The notes below the pieces were generated by a model. That model saw nothing but the letters and a program-made list of their open reading frames with translations, did no database searches and was not told the origin of the DNA. From Podarcis bocagei (Eukaryota), in assembly GCA_964188305.1 (NCBI GenBank), contig OZ076890.1: 64,000 nucleotides of DNA; one strand, given 5' to 3'. The stretch's first letter is position 1. The number at the start of each line of letters is the position of its first letter. Below are positions 63,668 to 64,000 of the stretch, piece by piece. Both the position numbers and the translations under genes were made by a program.

Positions 63668-63710
<43 letters not shown>
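63668..63710 (+). repeat. (CA)n microsatellite
   Basis: Directly visible. Confidence 0.97.
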
Positions 63711-63712
<2 letters not shown>

Positions 63713-64000
63713 CAGCACCAATATTGCTTTAACCAGGTGAAGGAAGGGAACACATGTGCAAACCTGCCGCCTCCATATCTCAGCCCTATGTGTAGTCCAG
63801 GGCTACTTGTCCCTACGGCAGCAGGGACAAGTAGAAATGAATAAGCAAAACAAGGGCTGGAAAACCATGCACCATGTAACTGGTGGTGCATATAAATTTA
63901 AGTAAAGGGTGAGAAATGTGTTTAAGGGGCTCAAGTAGAAATGCACTTTTTACCACGTATTGAAAAAGTAGAAATGTTAATTTTAACTACTAAGCACAGC

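Overview
Eukaryotic, intron-rich vertebrate DNA. The repeat content (full-length Sauria-type SINE, BovB tail, CR1/L2/L1 fragments, hAT and Tc1/mariner MITEs) points to a squamate, probably a lacertid lizard; this is inferred. Two genes lie tail-to-tail, as in the conserved vertebrate PAN3-FLT1 synteny. On the + strand are the last 8 coding exons of FLT1/VEGFR1 (kinase C-lobe and cytoplasmic tail, 1393-13690, likely polyA signal at 15178). On the - strand are 18 coding exons (mammalian exons 2-19) of PAN3, the PAN2-PAN3 deadenylase subunit (63217 down to the stop at 19358, with a 3' UTR of about 2.8 kb); exon 1 lies beyond the window. I traced all exons by hand with consistent splice phases. 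From the exon-2 ATG, PAN3 reads 741 aa, or 687 aa without the 54-codon exon 5. Nearly all ORFs in the supplied track are spurious. I found no convincing previously undescribed system. The most interesting signals are at the RNA-processing and transposon level: a GC-AG intron with an in-frame GT competitor, a NAGNAG acceptor beside a signalling tyrosine, a transposon-borne poison micro-exon or recursive splice site in FLT1, a UG-repeat-fused cryptic donor in PAN3, a MITE nested in a related MITE, and exon phases that would give stop-free PAN3 circles. Human comparisons and exon numbers are from memory, not from a search.
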